A DNA stretch of 64,000 nucleotides from Hypanus sabinus (GCF_030144855.1 NC_082714.1:93868001-93932000), one strand, 5' to 3'. Numbered from the stretch's first letter, positions 35,978 through 51,150 are shown. Numbers and translations are program-made. The notes: generated by a model from the letters alone, not told the origin.

Positions 35978-38900
35978 GCGACCCATTTCCTGGCACATCC
36001 GAACCGCCTCACAATTAGATAGCCTACGGCGGTTTGCGAGCACAGAGCTTTGGAGCCTCTGCGCCATGGGGAGCAGGTTGAGGGAGGCTTAAAAGTGAGG
36101 CTGAAGATTTCGAATAAAGTTTTTTCCTTCGACTGCAGTTACCGACTCCGTGTTGTAATTTTAGCGCTGCGTGTAGCACACCGCTACATATATATATATA
36201 TTTATATGAGTGTGTCTGACTTTTATGAATACTACAATAGGGGCCCTCAACTCACAGTTATGAGGGGTTATCCCCCACAGCTAGACATTTCCACTAGCTC
36301 AACGCAGGGTCATCTAATAGAGACCACAGCCTTGGATTCACACGTTTGTTTCCATTGTTGTTATTGGCGTTTCCGTGTTCTTATCTGTTCAGGGAGTAGA
36401 TCGATCAAGTTTTATTTTAATTTCAATGATACATTGACAGATAAATACAGATGACTAAGGAGAAGGTAAAATTCATTTATTTTAATATCGATGGGCTATT
36501 AAATCCAATCAAACGTAAGAGAATTTTATCCAAAATGAAAAGAGAATGGGATTCACTAATCTGTTTTTCTCCTCATATAAATCAGGACATAGGAGAGGAG
36601 TTGCTATTCTTATCTCAAGTAGAATAAATTTTGAAAAAGTATTCGAACTGGGAGATTAAGAGCACAGACATATTCTGGTAAGGGGGAATATAGACGGCAA
36701 TACAGTTACTCTATTGAATATATCCACACCTCAGGGAAGTGATATTGGTTTCCTTCAGAAAATTACTGATATTATGGTAACGGAAACAGAAGGTCTCCTG
36801 ATATAACCATATAACAATCACAGCACGGAAACAGGCCATCTCGGCCCTCCTAGTCCGTGCCGAATTCTTAATCTCACCTAGTCCCACCTACCCGCACTAA
36901 GCCCATAACCCTCCACTCCTTTCCTGTCCATATACCTATCCAATTTTACCTTAAATGATACAACTGAACTGGCCTCTACTACTTCTACAGGAAGCTCATT
37001 CCACACAGCTATCACTCTCTGAGTAAAGAAATACCCCCTCGTGTTTCCCTTAAACTTCTGCCCCCTAACTCTCAAATCATGTCCTCTCGATCATGTCCTT
37101 TCGTTTGAATCTCCCCTACTCTCAAAGGAAACAGCCTATTCACGTCAACTCTGTCTATCCCTCTCAAAATTTTAAATACCTCGATCAAATCCCCCCCCCC
37201 TCAACCTTCTACGCTCCAATGAATAGAGACCTAACTTGTTCAACCTTTCTCTGTAACTTAAGTGCTGAAACCCAGGTAACATCCTAGTAAATGGTCTCTA
37301 ATTTATTGATATCTTTCCTATAATTCGGTGACCAGAACTGCACACAATATTCCAAATTTGGCCTTACCAATGCCTTGTACAATTTTAACATTACATCCCA
37401 ACTTCTGTACTCTATGCTCTGATTTATAAAGGCCAGCGTTCCAAAAGTCTTCTTCACCACCCTATTTACATGAGACTCCATCTTCAGGGAACTATGCACT
37501 GTTATTCCTAGATCTCTCTGTTCCACTGCATTCCTCAATGCCCTGCCATTTACCCTGTATGTTCTATTTGGATTATTCCTGCCAAAATGTAGAACCTCAC
37601 ACTTCTCAGCATTGAACTCCATCTGCCAACGTTCAGCCCATTCTTCTAACCGGCATAAATCTCGCTACAAGCTTTGAAAACCCACCTCATTATCCACAAC
37701 ACCTCCTATCTTAATATCATCGGCATACTTACTAATCCAATTTACCACCCCATCATCCAGATCATTTATGTATATTAAAAACAACATTGGGCCCAAAACA
37801 GATCCCTGAGGCACTCCGCTAGTCACCGGCCTCCATCCCGATGAGCAATTATCCACCACTACTCTCTGGCATCTCCCATCTAGCCACTGCTGAATCCATT
37901 TTATTACTCCAGCATTAATACCTAACGACTGAACCTTCTTAACTAACCTTCCATGTGGAACTTTGTCAAAGGCTTTGCTGAAGTCCATATAGACTACATC
38001 CACTGCCTTACCCTCGTCAACATTCCTCGTAACTTCTTCAAAAAATTCAATAAGGTTTGTCAAACATGACCTTCCACGCACAAATCCATGCTGGCTACTC
38101 CTAATCAGATCCTGTCTATCCAGATAATTATTAATACTATCTCTAAGAATACTTTCCATTAATTTACCCACCACTAATGTCAAACTGACAGGTCTATAAT
38201 TGCTAGGCTTACTTCTAGAACCCTTTTTAAACAATGGAACCACATGAGCAATACGTCATTCCTCCGGCACAATCCCCGTTTCTAATGACATCTTAAAGAT
38301 CTCCGTTAGAGCTCCTGCTATTTCTACACAAACTTCCCTCAAGGTCCTGGGGAATATCCTGTCAGGCACCGGAGATTTATCCACTTTTAAATTTCATAAA
38401 AGCGCCAGTACTTCCACCTCTTTAATTGTCAGAGGTTCCATAACTTCCTTACTTGTTTCCCACACCTTACACATTTCAACATTCTTCTCCTTAGTGAATA
38501 CCGAAGAGAAGAAATCATGCCAAATCTTTCCCATCTCCCTCAGCTCCACAGATAGCTGACCACTCTGATTCTCTAAGGGGTCAATTTTATCCCTCACTAT
38601 CTTGCTTTTAATATAACTGTAGGGGATATAACTGTATATATGTGGGGGAGACTTAAATTTACAATTACAACCAAAATTAGACTCTTCCAGTAGAAAAACT
38701 ATGAAACAAAATCTTTACACAAGAAAGTTAATACACTTCTTGAGGATGTTGATTTAATTGATATGCGGAGGAACCCTTTCCCTGACAGAAGGGATTACAC
38801 TCATTATTCTGCTCCCCATGCTGTATATACAAGAATTGACTATTTCATAATATTTGGAAAAGACAAAGACAAACTAAACACCTGTGGAATTGCGACAATA

Positions 38901-39660
38901 GATGTAAGTGACCATGCACCTATATATTTATCTGTTGATTTTGACCTACAACCAAAGAATACTATTTGGAAAATAAATTCAAGTCCACTCAAAGATCCGT
39001 ACTTTAAGGAACAAATTTTTTTTTAAAAAATGGTCTTTGCTTGGAATTTAATGATAATGGAGAGACTTCACCTCCCATCTTATGGGATACTCTGAAGGCA
39101 GGCATAAGAGCGAAAATTATAGCGATATTTTCATATAAGAAAAAACTTCATCACTCTGAAACAGAGACCTTATGAAATTGGATCGAAATCTATGGAAATA
39201 CTTGCGTGGAAACTGATAATAAAGATAGCAGAAAATACATTTCTTTCATAGAATTAGCGACCCAAGGACGACAATAATAAAAAATAAGCTAAGTGAAATT
39301 CAAGAAACTTTTGAAGTGTTTTAGGAAACTCTATATTTCGAAGTTCCAGGGGAAGCATAACCCAAATTGACACCTTCTTGAATTCTCTAGAGTCACGCAC
39401 TTTAAGGGAAGAACAAAATAGAACGATGACTGCTGACATAACTGAAGTTGAATTAAAAGCTGCAATTAGTAGTCTTAAATTAAGCAAGTCACCAAGATCA
39501 GATGAGTATACGGCAGAGTGGTACAAAGAAATTAAAATGAGTTCATTCCTGTTTTACTCCCCACACTGAACTGGGCTCTAAAAAAGGCAGAAATATCTGA
39601 AATGCATCTTATGGAAATGTTTGTTTGATGATGAACTTCAATTAAAAAATAAATTACAGA
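35041..39660 (+). mobile_element. L1-clade LINE (copy D): 5' end, ORF1, spacer, EN, large internal deletion to the 3' UTR; interrupted by CR1
   Basis: TTCCGGTGACGTCA start, LEGRSRRK and IYFDQDY, ORF2 ATG at 36451, DYTHYS and SDHAP, and a jump at about 39595 to the ATCTTATGGAAATGTTTGTTTGATGATGAACTTCAAT 3' end. Confidence 0.9.
36805..38637 (-). mobile_element. Relatively young 5'-truncated CR1 nested in L1 copy D
   Basis: Open 192-aa and 112-aa RT segments ([35 protein letters not shown]), (ATATGGTT) tail, ATAT duplicated at 36801-36804 and 38638-38641. Confidence 0.95.
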
Positions 39661-39849
39661 AGATTAAATGGTGTAACGTGGTCAGATGCTGAAACTTGTT
39701 TCCCAAAATGTTTTATATACAACCTTTCATTCTTAGATTGGCAAGCCTCCCTTTCTTTATTACTCGCTTCGTGGTTCTTTGATGTTTTCCCTAAAGTTAA
39801 AGTTTTCCCTGTCTTCGTGTTTCCCACTACTCTAGGCGACGTTGTACTC

Positions 39850-41090
39850 ACGAATTTTTAGTCTGATCCCATTTCTATTTGCTTTCTTATCAAAGGCTTT
39901 CCCCACCCCTACTGTCCTTGCCCTTAACTGGAATATATGTTTGTAGAGTACCGTGAAATCTTTCTTCGAAAATCTTCCACTGTTCCTCAACCGTCTTGCC
40001 ATGTAGCCTGTAGTCCCAGTCTACACTAACCAAATTCTCCCTCATCCCATTTTAGTCTCCATTGTTTAGGCATAATACTCTGGTTGTAGATAAAACTATT
40101 ACACTCTCCCTTTCTATGAGAAAATTAATCATATGGTGATCAGTCTTTCCAAGAGGATCCTTAACTACAGGACGACTAGTTTAACCTGTCCCGTTGCATA
40201 GAACCAGACTGTACCTTGTAGGTTCGGTAATGCTGTTTAAGTAAGCTGTCACCTGTCACTCTACGAAGTTCTGCGCAAGACACCGTCTAGCAACTTATTT
40301 CACCCAATCTATGTACACGTTAAAAGTCCCCCATGATAACTGCGGTTCCATTCTGACATGTCTCAGATATTTCTTTGTTTATTGCCTGTGCCACAGTAAT
40401 GTTATTATTCAGCGGCCGATAGACATCTCTCACCAGAGACTTTTTGTCACTACTGTCTCTCATCTCTGCCCAGATGGATTCAACACTCTGCTCATTAGAT
40501 CTTATATCGTCTCTCTCTATCACTCTGGTCTCATCTCTAATTAATAACGCTACCCCTTCTCCCTTACCTTCCTACCAATCCTTCTGTATTACCTGATATC
40601 CCTGGATATTTAATTCCCAATCTTTCCCAGCTTGCAACTACGTTTCTGTGATGGCCACTAAATCATACTGCTTTGTACCGATTTGGACTACATGTTTACT
40701 GCTCTTGTTACAAATAGTATCGGCATTTAAATAAAGTGCCTTTACACTCACTGTGCTTTTAAAATCTTGTAATCTTTTACTCTTTTCCACTAGAGTTTTC
40801 TTCACTCCACTACTACTTCTGTCTTTTTTGTTTTTTGGTTTTCTTTATCCAAATCCTTCCTTTTTACTCTACCCATATTTCTCCAATCTGTCCCTACTAT
40901 TTTTAAAGCCCTATCAACAGCCCTGGTTATGCGTTTCGCTATGATTCAGGTCCCATCACGGTTCAGGAGGAGCCCGTCGGATTCCAAGCCGAATAGTGGT
41001 GCCAATTTCCCATGAATTCAAACCTACTTCTCCCACGCTAATCCTTGAGCCACGCAATTAACTCTGTAATCTTCTTGACAACCTGTCAGT
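39850..41090 (-). mobile_element. CR1 fragment (EN and ORF1 end), decayed
   Basis: VESIWAEMR, VYRPLN, AVIMGDF on the minus strand. Confidence 0.8.
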
Positions 41091-41261
41091 AAGAATTTAT
41101 TTTTGTACCTTTAGTGGCAACGTCTCTTGATCTGGAGTGAGAACGCGGGATCCCTTTCTCCAGCGGAGATTACGCAAACAACCTGTTGAACAATTACATA
41201 CTAGCGGCTCACCACCAATTCGACGACCAAGAAAAAAATCTACATTTGTACAAATCTACAA

Positions 41262-43515
41262 ATCTACAATCTCAGCTATACCGAAAGAAGGCAAGGATAA
41301 AATAGAATGCGGGTCATTTAGACCAATATCCGTTCTTAATGTAGATAATAGGTTATTTACCTCCATCATGGCCAAACGATTAGAGTAGTTTCTACCCATA
41401 CTGATACGTAACGATCAGACAGGTTTTGTACGACAATGTCAGACGCAAGACAATATATGATGGACCATTCACGTTACGGATCATATATAAAAAAATAAAT
41501 AGATAAAATTGAAACAATAGTGATAAGCGTGGACGCTGAAAAAGCATTTGATTCGGTTAATTGGAATTTTCTTGACAGAGTTTTACTTAGATTTGGTTTC
41601 TATTTTGATTTATTTTGATCTATCTAGGGCAACCAAAATACTCTTTACCTAAATTGATGCAATCTTTTGAACAAAATGGTCAATTATTAGGATACAAGTT
41701 CAACATAGATAAAAACCAATTACTTTCATATTACTAAAGCCCACCAAGAGAAATTGAAAGTCGATACCCCTGGGAATGTCACACAGAGTCTTTCAAATAT
41801 TTGGGATGATTGTGCCAAAACATTTGGCAAAATTATCAGTATGTAATTATCAGCCTTTATATAAAAAAGTTAAGGATGATGTGGCACGATGGAACCTGAT
41901 TCCTTTTTTGCAGTATCAGTTCAAGGACTGAGTCTATTAAAATGTATCTAGTGCCCAGACTGTTATATCGCTTTCAGACGCTACCAATAGAGATTAATCA
42001 AAATCAATTCAATGAATGGAACAATATATTATCAAAGTTATTTGGCCGGGTGAAAGGCCTAGAGTTCGTCACAAAACTCGGCAATTAGCATAGAAAAATT
42101 GGGGAGGGGCCTACCTTCTCTTAGAGATTATTATTTTGCAGCACAGTTGAGAGCTGTGATATGTTGGTATAACCCATCATATGACGCTCAAAGGAAAAAC
42201 ATTGAGGAGCGGGTACTTCCTATCCCAGTACAAGCAATTTTGGCTGATAACAACTTGCAAAGGTAAATAAATACTATTGATAACGCATGGGTGAAATTGA
42301 CTCTTAAAATATGGAAAACTACTATAACAGAATATAATCTAGAGGGAGATATTGCAATTCTTAAATGGTGTGCATATGACTCGGATTTTACAGCAAATAA
42401 ATTGGATGCTAGATTTCAGGACTGGACAGATGAAGGAATAACAGTTCTTTGCAACATAATGAAAGAAGGAACACTGTTCAGTTTTGAAATGCCTAAAGAG
42501 AAATACTTATTAGAAAAACAAGATTTTTATCGCTATTTAGTGATGCGACAATATGTTAATAAGACGCTTAAAATGTAAACAAGGTAAATACATGCTTGAT
42601 AGAGCTCTTGGAAAAACATATAATTCGGATAATGATGGTAGAATCATTTCCACCACGTATAAGGGGTTGTCAAATCTTAAAAAACATTCGATTTCATACA
42701 TTAAAATAAAACGAGAGAAGGAAGGAAGGATAATGATATCTGAGGAAGAATGGACGACAATATGGAGATGTCAATAGAAGTGTACCAGTTCACAGAAATG
42801 GAGGGAGTTTGGATGGAAAAACTTGATAAGATATTTTATTACACCCTCTGAGAAATCCCATTATGATAGTAACTTCCCTGTTTGCTGGAGAAATTGTGGA
42901 AATCAAAATGCAAATCATTATCATATTTTTTGAGACTGCCCTGTTATCAAAAACTATTAGAGGGGGATACACAATGCCCTACAAGACATCTTGAAATGTG
43001 AAATACCCTTAGAGAGTAAGACCATATATTTTGGAGATATACCTCAAGAATTGTTGAAAAGAGATAAATATTTAATGAATATACTGTTGGTGGCTGGTAA
43101 AAACACTTACTGGGAAATGGTTATCACAGGAGGGCACAAATTTAAATATATGGATGGAAATTACAATGGACATTTTCTAAATCGCGAAGATAACAGCATC
43201 TGTAAACCATTAGCTGGAACAATTTGATTCAGACTGGGAAAAATGTTTTAACTACATAATGCCACATAGGCCTGAATTTATTCTCACAAATCAACGAATC
43301 TGTTGTAAAACAAAATTACTCCGTACTCGTACATAGTTCTTTCCTTTGGCTTATTTTTTTCTCTCCACTCTTTACTATAAGTGTATACCTCAGATAAATA
43401 CTTTGTGGAAATTTGTGTTATATATGCTTATATGATATAAATGTACAATGTCTGAAATACATCTTATGGAAATGTTTGTTTGATGATGAACTACAATAAA
43501 AATAAATTACAAAAG
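41262..43515 (+). mobile_element. 5'-truncated L1 (copy E) with an internal deletion
   Basis: ISAIPKEGKD..FRPISVLNVD, ILKWCAYD, ILLVAGK, and 3' end AATAAAAATAAATTACAAAA. Confidence 0.9.
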
Positions 43516-43519
43516 AAAA

Positions 43520-44210
43520 GAGAAATAAATACACCTCTGGAGATTATTACCACCACACACAACCCTTCTATTTGTGACTTCGCATTAAACTTTAACATAA
43601 TTTATTTGCAAGCCTGCTCCACTCTCTACTCTGGCACTCTGCTTCCCATCTCCCTGCAAATCTAGTTTAACCCCCCGCCGCCCCAAATAGCACTAACAAG
43701 CCTGCCTGGAAGGTTATTGTTCCCCCAGTATTTCACGTGTAACCCGACTCACTTATACAGGTCCTACCTGCCCCAGAAGAGTTGCCATGATCCTGAAATC
43801 TAAAACCCTGCCGCTTAAACCAGTACCTCAGCCACGTGTTCACCATCCAGAGCATCCTATTCTTACCCTCAGTGGCACGTGGCACAGGTAGGAATCCCGA
43901 GATTACCACTTTCGAGGTCATTCTTTTTAACTTCCTAACAAGCTGTCTATACTCACTCTTCAGGACCTCCTCGCTGTTTCTTACTACATCATTGGTACCG
44001 ATGTGTACCTTGGCATCTGGCTGCCCACCCTTCCATTTCAGACTGCGGTGCACGCGATCAGAGACACCCCTGACCCTGGCACCCAAGAGGCAACAAACCA
44101 TCCGGGTGCCTCTATCACAACCACAGAACCTCCTGTCTGTATCTCTAACTATCGAGGTCTCTATCACCACCGCTCTCCTATTCTTCCCCCTCCCTTCTGC
44201 ACTGCAGAAC
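43520..44210 (-). mobile_element. CR1 ORF1 (SGNH esterase) fragment
   Basis: 145-aa ORF: VRDTDRRFCG..MVCCLLGARV..VHIGTNDV..VVISGFLPVP. Confidence 0.9.
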
Positions 44211-44689
44211 CAGACTCAATGCCAGATTTTCGGCTTCCGCAGCTTGCCCGTCTGAATATCGAGTCCGCCGGTTTCCCGATTCTGGCTTTCGGATTTCTCT
44301 GGATGTTTTGATCTCTGCCTGAACTTAACGCCTACTTTGTTTGCACCTCGGATTTGTTACTCAATTAATATCACTGTGTGCACAGTACTGGGTCTGCGAT
44401 TGGATCCCTGCTCCAGCGTCCGGATAGCACGTTAAACTCTATAACTTTAATGTGGGTATAGTAGATAATTGGAAAATTTCATGAATTAAATCATAACCTT
44501 TATTGAAAAGCTCCTGAAATATACACACAGAGAGGGTTTATTGCACCTTTGCAATAAACATTTAAGCATTATGGTTACTGCATGACGAATAATACCGGGT
44601 ATAAAACCTTAAGACTGACCATTGGAAAGGTGAACGGTCATAATGTAGGAGATAGGAGAAAGACTCCTATCTGTCTAATAAGAGACAGA

Positions 44690-45060
44690 CGTACACCGGG
44701 GTGCAGTCTGTAAACCATATTCAACAACGAGAGAATGGTGAGTTGCGCTTTCCTACAACGCCATAAGACAGGAAGTACCACAGAGTTAGGACAAGGACTG
44801 TTCGGATGGGGAACAACTTCTTCTCCCAGGATGTGAGACTGCTGAACACCCTGCGACTACCCAGATCTTATCAGCTTTGGAGTCTCAATAGCATTGCATA
44901 GCTTGTATCCGTCTTGTGTCATAAATGCACTTTATTCTGAATGTTAGTTTTCAGGATTATATGTCATCAAGTATTAAGTTATTTGTGATAATATTATTTT
45001 CTGTGTTGTTTATGAATCATATACACATTGTTGTGCATCTAGGTCCGGAGGAACTATAGA
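44690..45060 (+). mobile_element. Rex1/Babar-type LINE 3' remnant
   Basis: GRKYHRVRTRTVRMGNNFFSQDVRLLN, typical of the Rex1 ORF C-terminus. Confidence 0.6.
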
Positions 45061-45424
45061 TCATTTGATTGACTACCTATGAATTTGAACTTCAAGACGA
45101 AAGTGAAGGTAAATATATTTAGCCCAATGAGGGTTATAAATTGGAGTAATCAGTCTCCAAGATGGTCTCAGATGGCTTGATAAATGGCATGTCTTTGCGA
45201 GCAACTCTGATGGGAATGGTCAAAAATTCCAGGTTCGGACTGTTACAGCTGAAATCCATAGTTACTGGTGCATCGGTAAGTAACATCGGCGAACTCCATT
45301 ACCGCTGCTTGATCCTCCAAGTATTCCCAGCATTCTTTACTCCTCTTGATGTTTGATTTTGTTCGCAAAATCCACTTTCAGAACAAAATAGAACTGGACA
45401 TTTGGTGGGTGGAGATGTACATAC

Positions 45425-48400
45425 GACCATACGACTATAAGACATAGTAACAGAAGTAGGCCATTCAGCCCATCGATTCTGCTCCGCCATTCCATCATGG
45501 CGGATCCCGGATCCCACTCAACCCCATACACCTGCTCTCTTTCTCTTTCATTTGATGCCCTGACCAATCAGTAAACTATCAACTTGCGCCTTAAATATAT
45601 CCATGGTCTTGGCCTTCACTGCAGTCTATGTGAGAGCATTCCACGGATTTAATACTCTCTGCCTTTACTTCTGTTCTAAATTGTCGCCTTTTTTGAGACT
45701 GTGGCCTCTCGTTCTGCATACCCTTATCATAGGAAACATCCTCTCCACATCCACCATATCTAGTCCTTCCAACATTCGGTTGGCTTCAATAAGATCCCCC
45801 TCTCCCCGCAATCTTCTAAATTCCAAAGTGTACGGGCCCAAGGAGGCCAAGCGTTTCTCATATGCTAATCTTTTGATTCCCGGAATTACCCTCCTTAACT
45901 TCATCTGAACTCTGTGCAATGACAACACATCCCATCAGAGATATGAGGCCCAAAACTCCTGTCAATACTCCAAGTGCGGACTGGCTAGTGACTTATAAAG
46001 ATGCAGCATGCTCTCCGTGTGATTATATTGTTTTCCCCTTGAAATAAGTGCCAACATTGCAAATATTTTCTTTACCACAGACGCAATCTGTAAATTAATG
46101 TTCTGCGAGTCTTGCAGGTCGAGTCCCACGTCACTGATGTCTGAACCCTTACGTCATTTAGATAATAATGTGGTCTAGAGTTCATTTTACCAAAATGCAG
46201 TATCATATATTTCCCAACACTATTCCACTTGCCAAGTTTTTGCTCATTCTTTCAATTTGTGTCAATCGTGCTGCAAATAGCGTTACTTCCTCAGCACTAC
46301 CTACCCTCCACCTATCTTCGTCTTATATGCAAACTTTACCACAAAGTCACCAATTCCATTATCTTAGTCATTGCCAAAGAATGTGAAAACTGACGGTCTC
46401 GGTATTGATCCCTGACACGGGCAGTCAAACAGAAAAGGCCACTTTTACTCACCCTCGCGGTCTCCTGCCTGTCAGCCATTCCTCTATCCATGATAGTATC
46501 GTTCTTGAAACAATGTGGGATTACATTTTGTTAAACAGCCTCGTTTGTGGTACATTATCAAACGCTTCCTGAGAATCCAAGTCAATGGCATCCACTGCTT
46601 CTCCTTTGTCCACACCACTGTTGCTTCCCCGAAGGACTAACAGATTTGTGCAAGATTTCCCCTAGCAGAAACCATGCTGACTTTGACTTATATTATTATT
46701 AGTCTTCAAATTACCTCAAAACCTCATCCTTAGTAATAGTCTCCAACACTTTCACAACAACTGAGATTAGACTAATTGGTCTACAATGTCCTGTCTTAAA
46801 GACTGAAGTGAATTTGCAATTCTCTAGTCCTTCGGATCATGCCAGAAAGAAGTTATTGTTGAAAAATCATGACCAATGCATCCGTTAGCTCTTCAGCAAC
46901 GTTCTCAACCACTTAAAGTTCTTTCAGTTTGCCTACCACTTTTACCTTTTAATAGCCATGACACTCACTCCTGCTCCGTGACACTCACGGACCTCTGGCA
47001 TACTACTAGTGTCATCCACAGTGAAAATAAATGCAAAGTACCCATTAAGATCATCTGCCATTTATTTGTCCCCCGTTACTATTTTTTTTCCCAGTGGTCC
47101 AATATTAACAAGCACCTCCCTTTTAGTTATCATGTAACTGAAATATTTTGGTATCCTGCTTTATATTATTGTCTAACCTGTGCTCATAATTCATCCTTCC
47201 TTTTCTTATAGCTTTTAAATTTTAGTTTTTCGGATTTTAAAAGCTTCCCAATCATCCAACTTCCCACGCACTTTTGCTATCTTATCTATCTTTTCCTTGG
47301 CTTTTATGCAGTCCTTAATTTCCTTTGTCAGCCACATCTGCTATTTGAAAACGCTGTCCTCTTTGATACATATCTATTCCGTGACTTGTGTACTATTCAC
47401 AGAAAATTCAGCTTACTCTGTTCTGCCGTCATCCCCGGCAGTATCATTCTCCAATCCACCTCGGCAAGCTCCTCTCTCATGCTTCTTTAATTCCCTTTAT
47501 TCCATTGCGATGCCGATGCGTGTGAGTTTCGCTTCTCCCTCTCAAATTGCAGTACGAATATGATCATTGTCTCCTTACGGTTCCCCTACGTTCAGTTCCC
47601 TAATAGGATCTGGGTTATTATACAACACCAACTCTAAGATAACCATTCGGCGAAACAGGATCAAGCACAAGTTGCTCCAAACAGTTATCTCTTAGGCACC
47701 AACAAATTCCCTGTCTTGCCTTCCGACACCAACTTGACTTTCCCAATCTCAATTCATATTGATTTCCCCCATTAAAATTGTGCCATTAACCTAATTACAT
47801 GTTTTTGCAATCTCAATCCACATCCTGGATTCTATTTGCTGGCGTAGGTATGATTCCCAGAGTACCTATACATGATTCCCATGATACTATTTTCTACCCT
47901 TGCAATTTCGTAACTTCACCCACAAAGATTCAACGTTCCCTGACCCGATTTCAACTCTTTCAAAAGATGTAATTCCATCCCTTAACAACAGAGCCACACC
48001 ACCGCCTATGCCTTCCAGCCCGTCCTTTCGATACAAATTATATCCCTTGATGTTATGCTTCCAACTCCAGCCTTCTGTCAACCACGACTCAGTGATGCAT
48101 AAAACGTCATACCAACAAATCTCTAATAACACCACGTGTTTGGCCACTTTGCTCCGAATTCTATGCGCCCTTAAATACAACACCTTCATTCATGCATTCT
48201 TCGCCCTTTAGAATTTTGCCTATGAACAACATAACTCTTTGTTCTGTTTGCATTTGTAACCAATCATCGGCTTGTAATTCCTAACATTCATGTTACACCC
48301 ATCACCTACTTGTAAACCTGCTGGCTCATCCTTAGCTCTACCATCCTGCAATATTAGTTTAATCCTCTTCTATCAGCTCTAATAAATTTTCCGGAAAGGA

Positions 48401-48690
48401 TATTGGTCCTGCTAGGATTCAAATGCAATCCGTCCCTTTTGTACAGGTCTCACTTGCACTGAAGAAGTCCCAATTATCCAGAAATCTAAGATCCTGCATG
48501 AAATGCTCTTATTAATTAGCTACGCATTTATCTGTCTCCCCTTTATTTTATTCCTATCCTCACTCTCGCGTGGCACAGGCAGGGATAACGAGATTACTAC
48601 CTTTGAGCGCCTGCTTCGCAGGTTCCTTCCTGACTCCCTCTATTCTGTTTATAGAACATTCTCCCCTTTTCTTCCCACGTCATTGGTATC
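45425..48690 (-). mobile_element. CR1 LINE, long decayed copy
   Basis: RLAYEKRLASLGPYTLEFRRL, MKVLYLRAHRIRSK..CITESWL..RKDG; tail-like repeats at about 45425-45445. Confidence 0.85.
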
Positions 48691-48694
48691 AATA

Positions 48695-51150
48695 TAGAAA
48701 TATAGAACCCCTTCAGCACAGTACATGCCCTTCTGCCCACGATACTGTGCTGATCATGTACTTATTTTAGCAATTGCCTTGGGTTTCCTATAGACCTCCA
48801 TTTTTCTATGCTCTATGTACCTATACAGGAGTCTCTTAAAAGACCGTATCATATCCGCTCTACCACAGTCGCCGGCAGCTCATTTCATGCCCTCACCACC
48901 CTCTGCGTAAAAAAAACCTTAAAATCTGTGCTCTATTGTGTTAGCCATTTCAGCCCTGGGGAAAAGCCTGAGACTATCCTCACGATCAATGCCTCGCATT
49001 ATCTTATACACCTCCATAAGGCACCTCTCATTCTCCGTCAATCTAAGGAGAAAGGCCAAGTTCGAGTCAACCAATTCTCATATGGCATGCTCCCCAATCC
49101 AGGCAACATCCTGGTATGTCCCCTTTGTACCCTTTCTATAGTTTCCACATTCTTCCTGTAATGAGGTGACCAGAATTGACAACAGCATTCCAAGTGGGGT
49201 CTGACCAGTGTCCTATAAAGCTGCAGCAGTACCTCACGACTCTGAAACTCAATCCCATGGTTTATGAAAGCAAATGCACCATATTCTTTCCTGACCACAC
49301 AGTTAACCTGCACAGTTGCCTTGAGTGTCCTATGGACTCGGATCCAAAGGTCCATCGGATCCTCCATACTGCCAAGAGTCTTACCATTAATGCTGTATTC
49401 TGTCATCATATTTGACCTACCAAACCTCACATTATCTGGGTTGAACTCCATCTGCCACTTCTCAGCCCAGTTTTGCATACCACTGATGTCCCACTGTAAC
49501 CGCTAACAACCCTCCACACTGTCCACAACACTCCCAAACTTTTTGTCATCAGCAAATATACTGATCATTCCTATGTACTTCCTCATCCAGGTCATTTATA
49601 AAAGTCACGAAGAGAAGCTGTGCTAGATCAGATCCTTGAGGCACACCACTGGTATTCATGCAGAGTGTGACCCATCTAGAATCACTGTTTGTGGGCAAGC
49701 CAGTTCTGGATCCAGTAAGCAACGTTCCCTTAGATCTCATGCCTCCTTACTTTCTTAATAAGCCCTGCATGAGGTATCTTATTCAATGACTTGCTGAAAT
49801 CCATACACAATACATCTACTGCTCTAGCCTCATCAATGTGTTGAGTGACATCCTCAAAAAAAAAACAATTAGGGTCGTAAGGCACGACTTGCCTTTGACA
49901 AAGCAATGCTGACTATTCCCAATCATATTATGTCATTCCGAATGTTCATAAATCCTGGCTATTAAGATCCTCTCTAGCAACATAACAACCACTGAAGTAA
50001 GGCTCTCTGGTCTCTAATTTCCTGGGTTATCTGCAGTATCTTTTTTGAATAAGGGATGAACATCTGCAACCCTCCAATCCTCTGGAACCTCTCTTGTTCC
50101 CATTGATGAGGCAAAGATCATTGCCAGAGTTTCAGAAATCTCTTCCCTCGCCTCTCACAATAGTCTGGGGTAAATCCCGTCTGGTCCCGGTGACTAATCC
50201 AACGATGCTTTCTAAAAATGTCCAGCACATCCTATTTCTTAATGTCCATATGCTCAAGTTTTTCATTCCGCTGCACGTCATCCTGTAATCTCTAAGATTC
50301 TTTTCTGCAAACAAAGTATTGTTTTCAGAAACAACTATTCGCTAAGTACCACTGCAATCTCCCCCGGATCCATAAACACTTTTCCACCTGATTGGTCCTA
50401 TTTCTCTCACGTCTTATCCACTTTCTGCTAACAGTATTATGGAATGCCTTGGAGTTTCATTAATGCTGATCACAAAGGCCTACTCATGGCCCCTTCTGGC
50501 TCTCCTAATTTCCTTCTTCAGCTCCTTCCTGTTAGCCTTATAATCTTCTATACCTCTATCATCACCTAGTCTTATAACCTTTCATCGTATGTACCAGTAC
50601 TTCAGGCTGCTCACCCTCCCTTTTCAGGATATTACGGATATATCCAGAATCATCTTGGACCCTGGCACCTGCGAGGCAAACTACCATCCATGTTTCATTT
50701 TCACGTCCTAGTAACGTCTTTCTGCCCTCCTGACCATGGAGTCCCGTATTACAATTGCTATCCTCTTCAGTTCTCTACCCTTTTGAGCATCTGACGTTCT
50801 CCCTTCCCTCTTGTGACAATTAACTTTCTCGTGTAGCCTTGGGGTAACTAGCTCCCCGTGGCTTCTGTCTAACACTGTTTCACTTTCACTAACAAGCAAA
50901 AGGTCATCAAGCTGCAGCTCCAGTTCCATAACAAGATCTCTGTGGAGTTATATCTCGATACACCTAGCGTAGGCGGGGCCATCAGGGAGACTGGGAGTGT
51001 TCTGGAAATTTCTAACATATTCCAGTTCAATAACAAGTTGCTCTTAATTCCAAACACCATCCCAATTTGTATTGAAACCCCAGGCATTCGCTTATTCCGC
51101 CGTTGTGCAGGCCAGTGGCGGTTTCCTTAAAACTGGCTGACCTACTTTTC
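48695..51150 (-). mobile_element. CR1 LINE with 3' end, RT and ORF1 but most of EN deleted
   Basis: QFWSPHYRK, GVPQGS, ELELQLDDL..AIVIRDSMVR, and ATAGAAAT tail. Confidence 0.85.
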
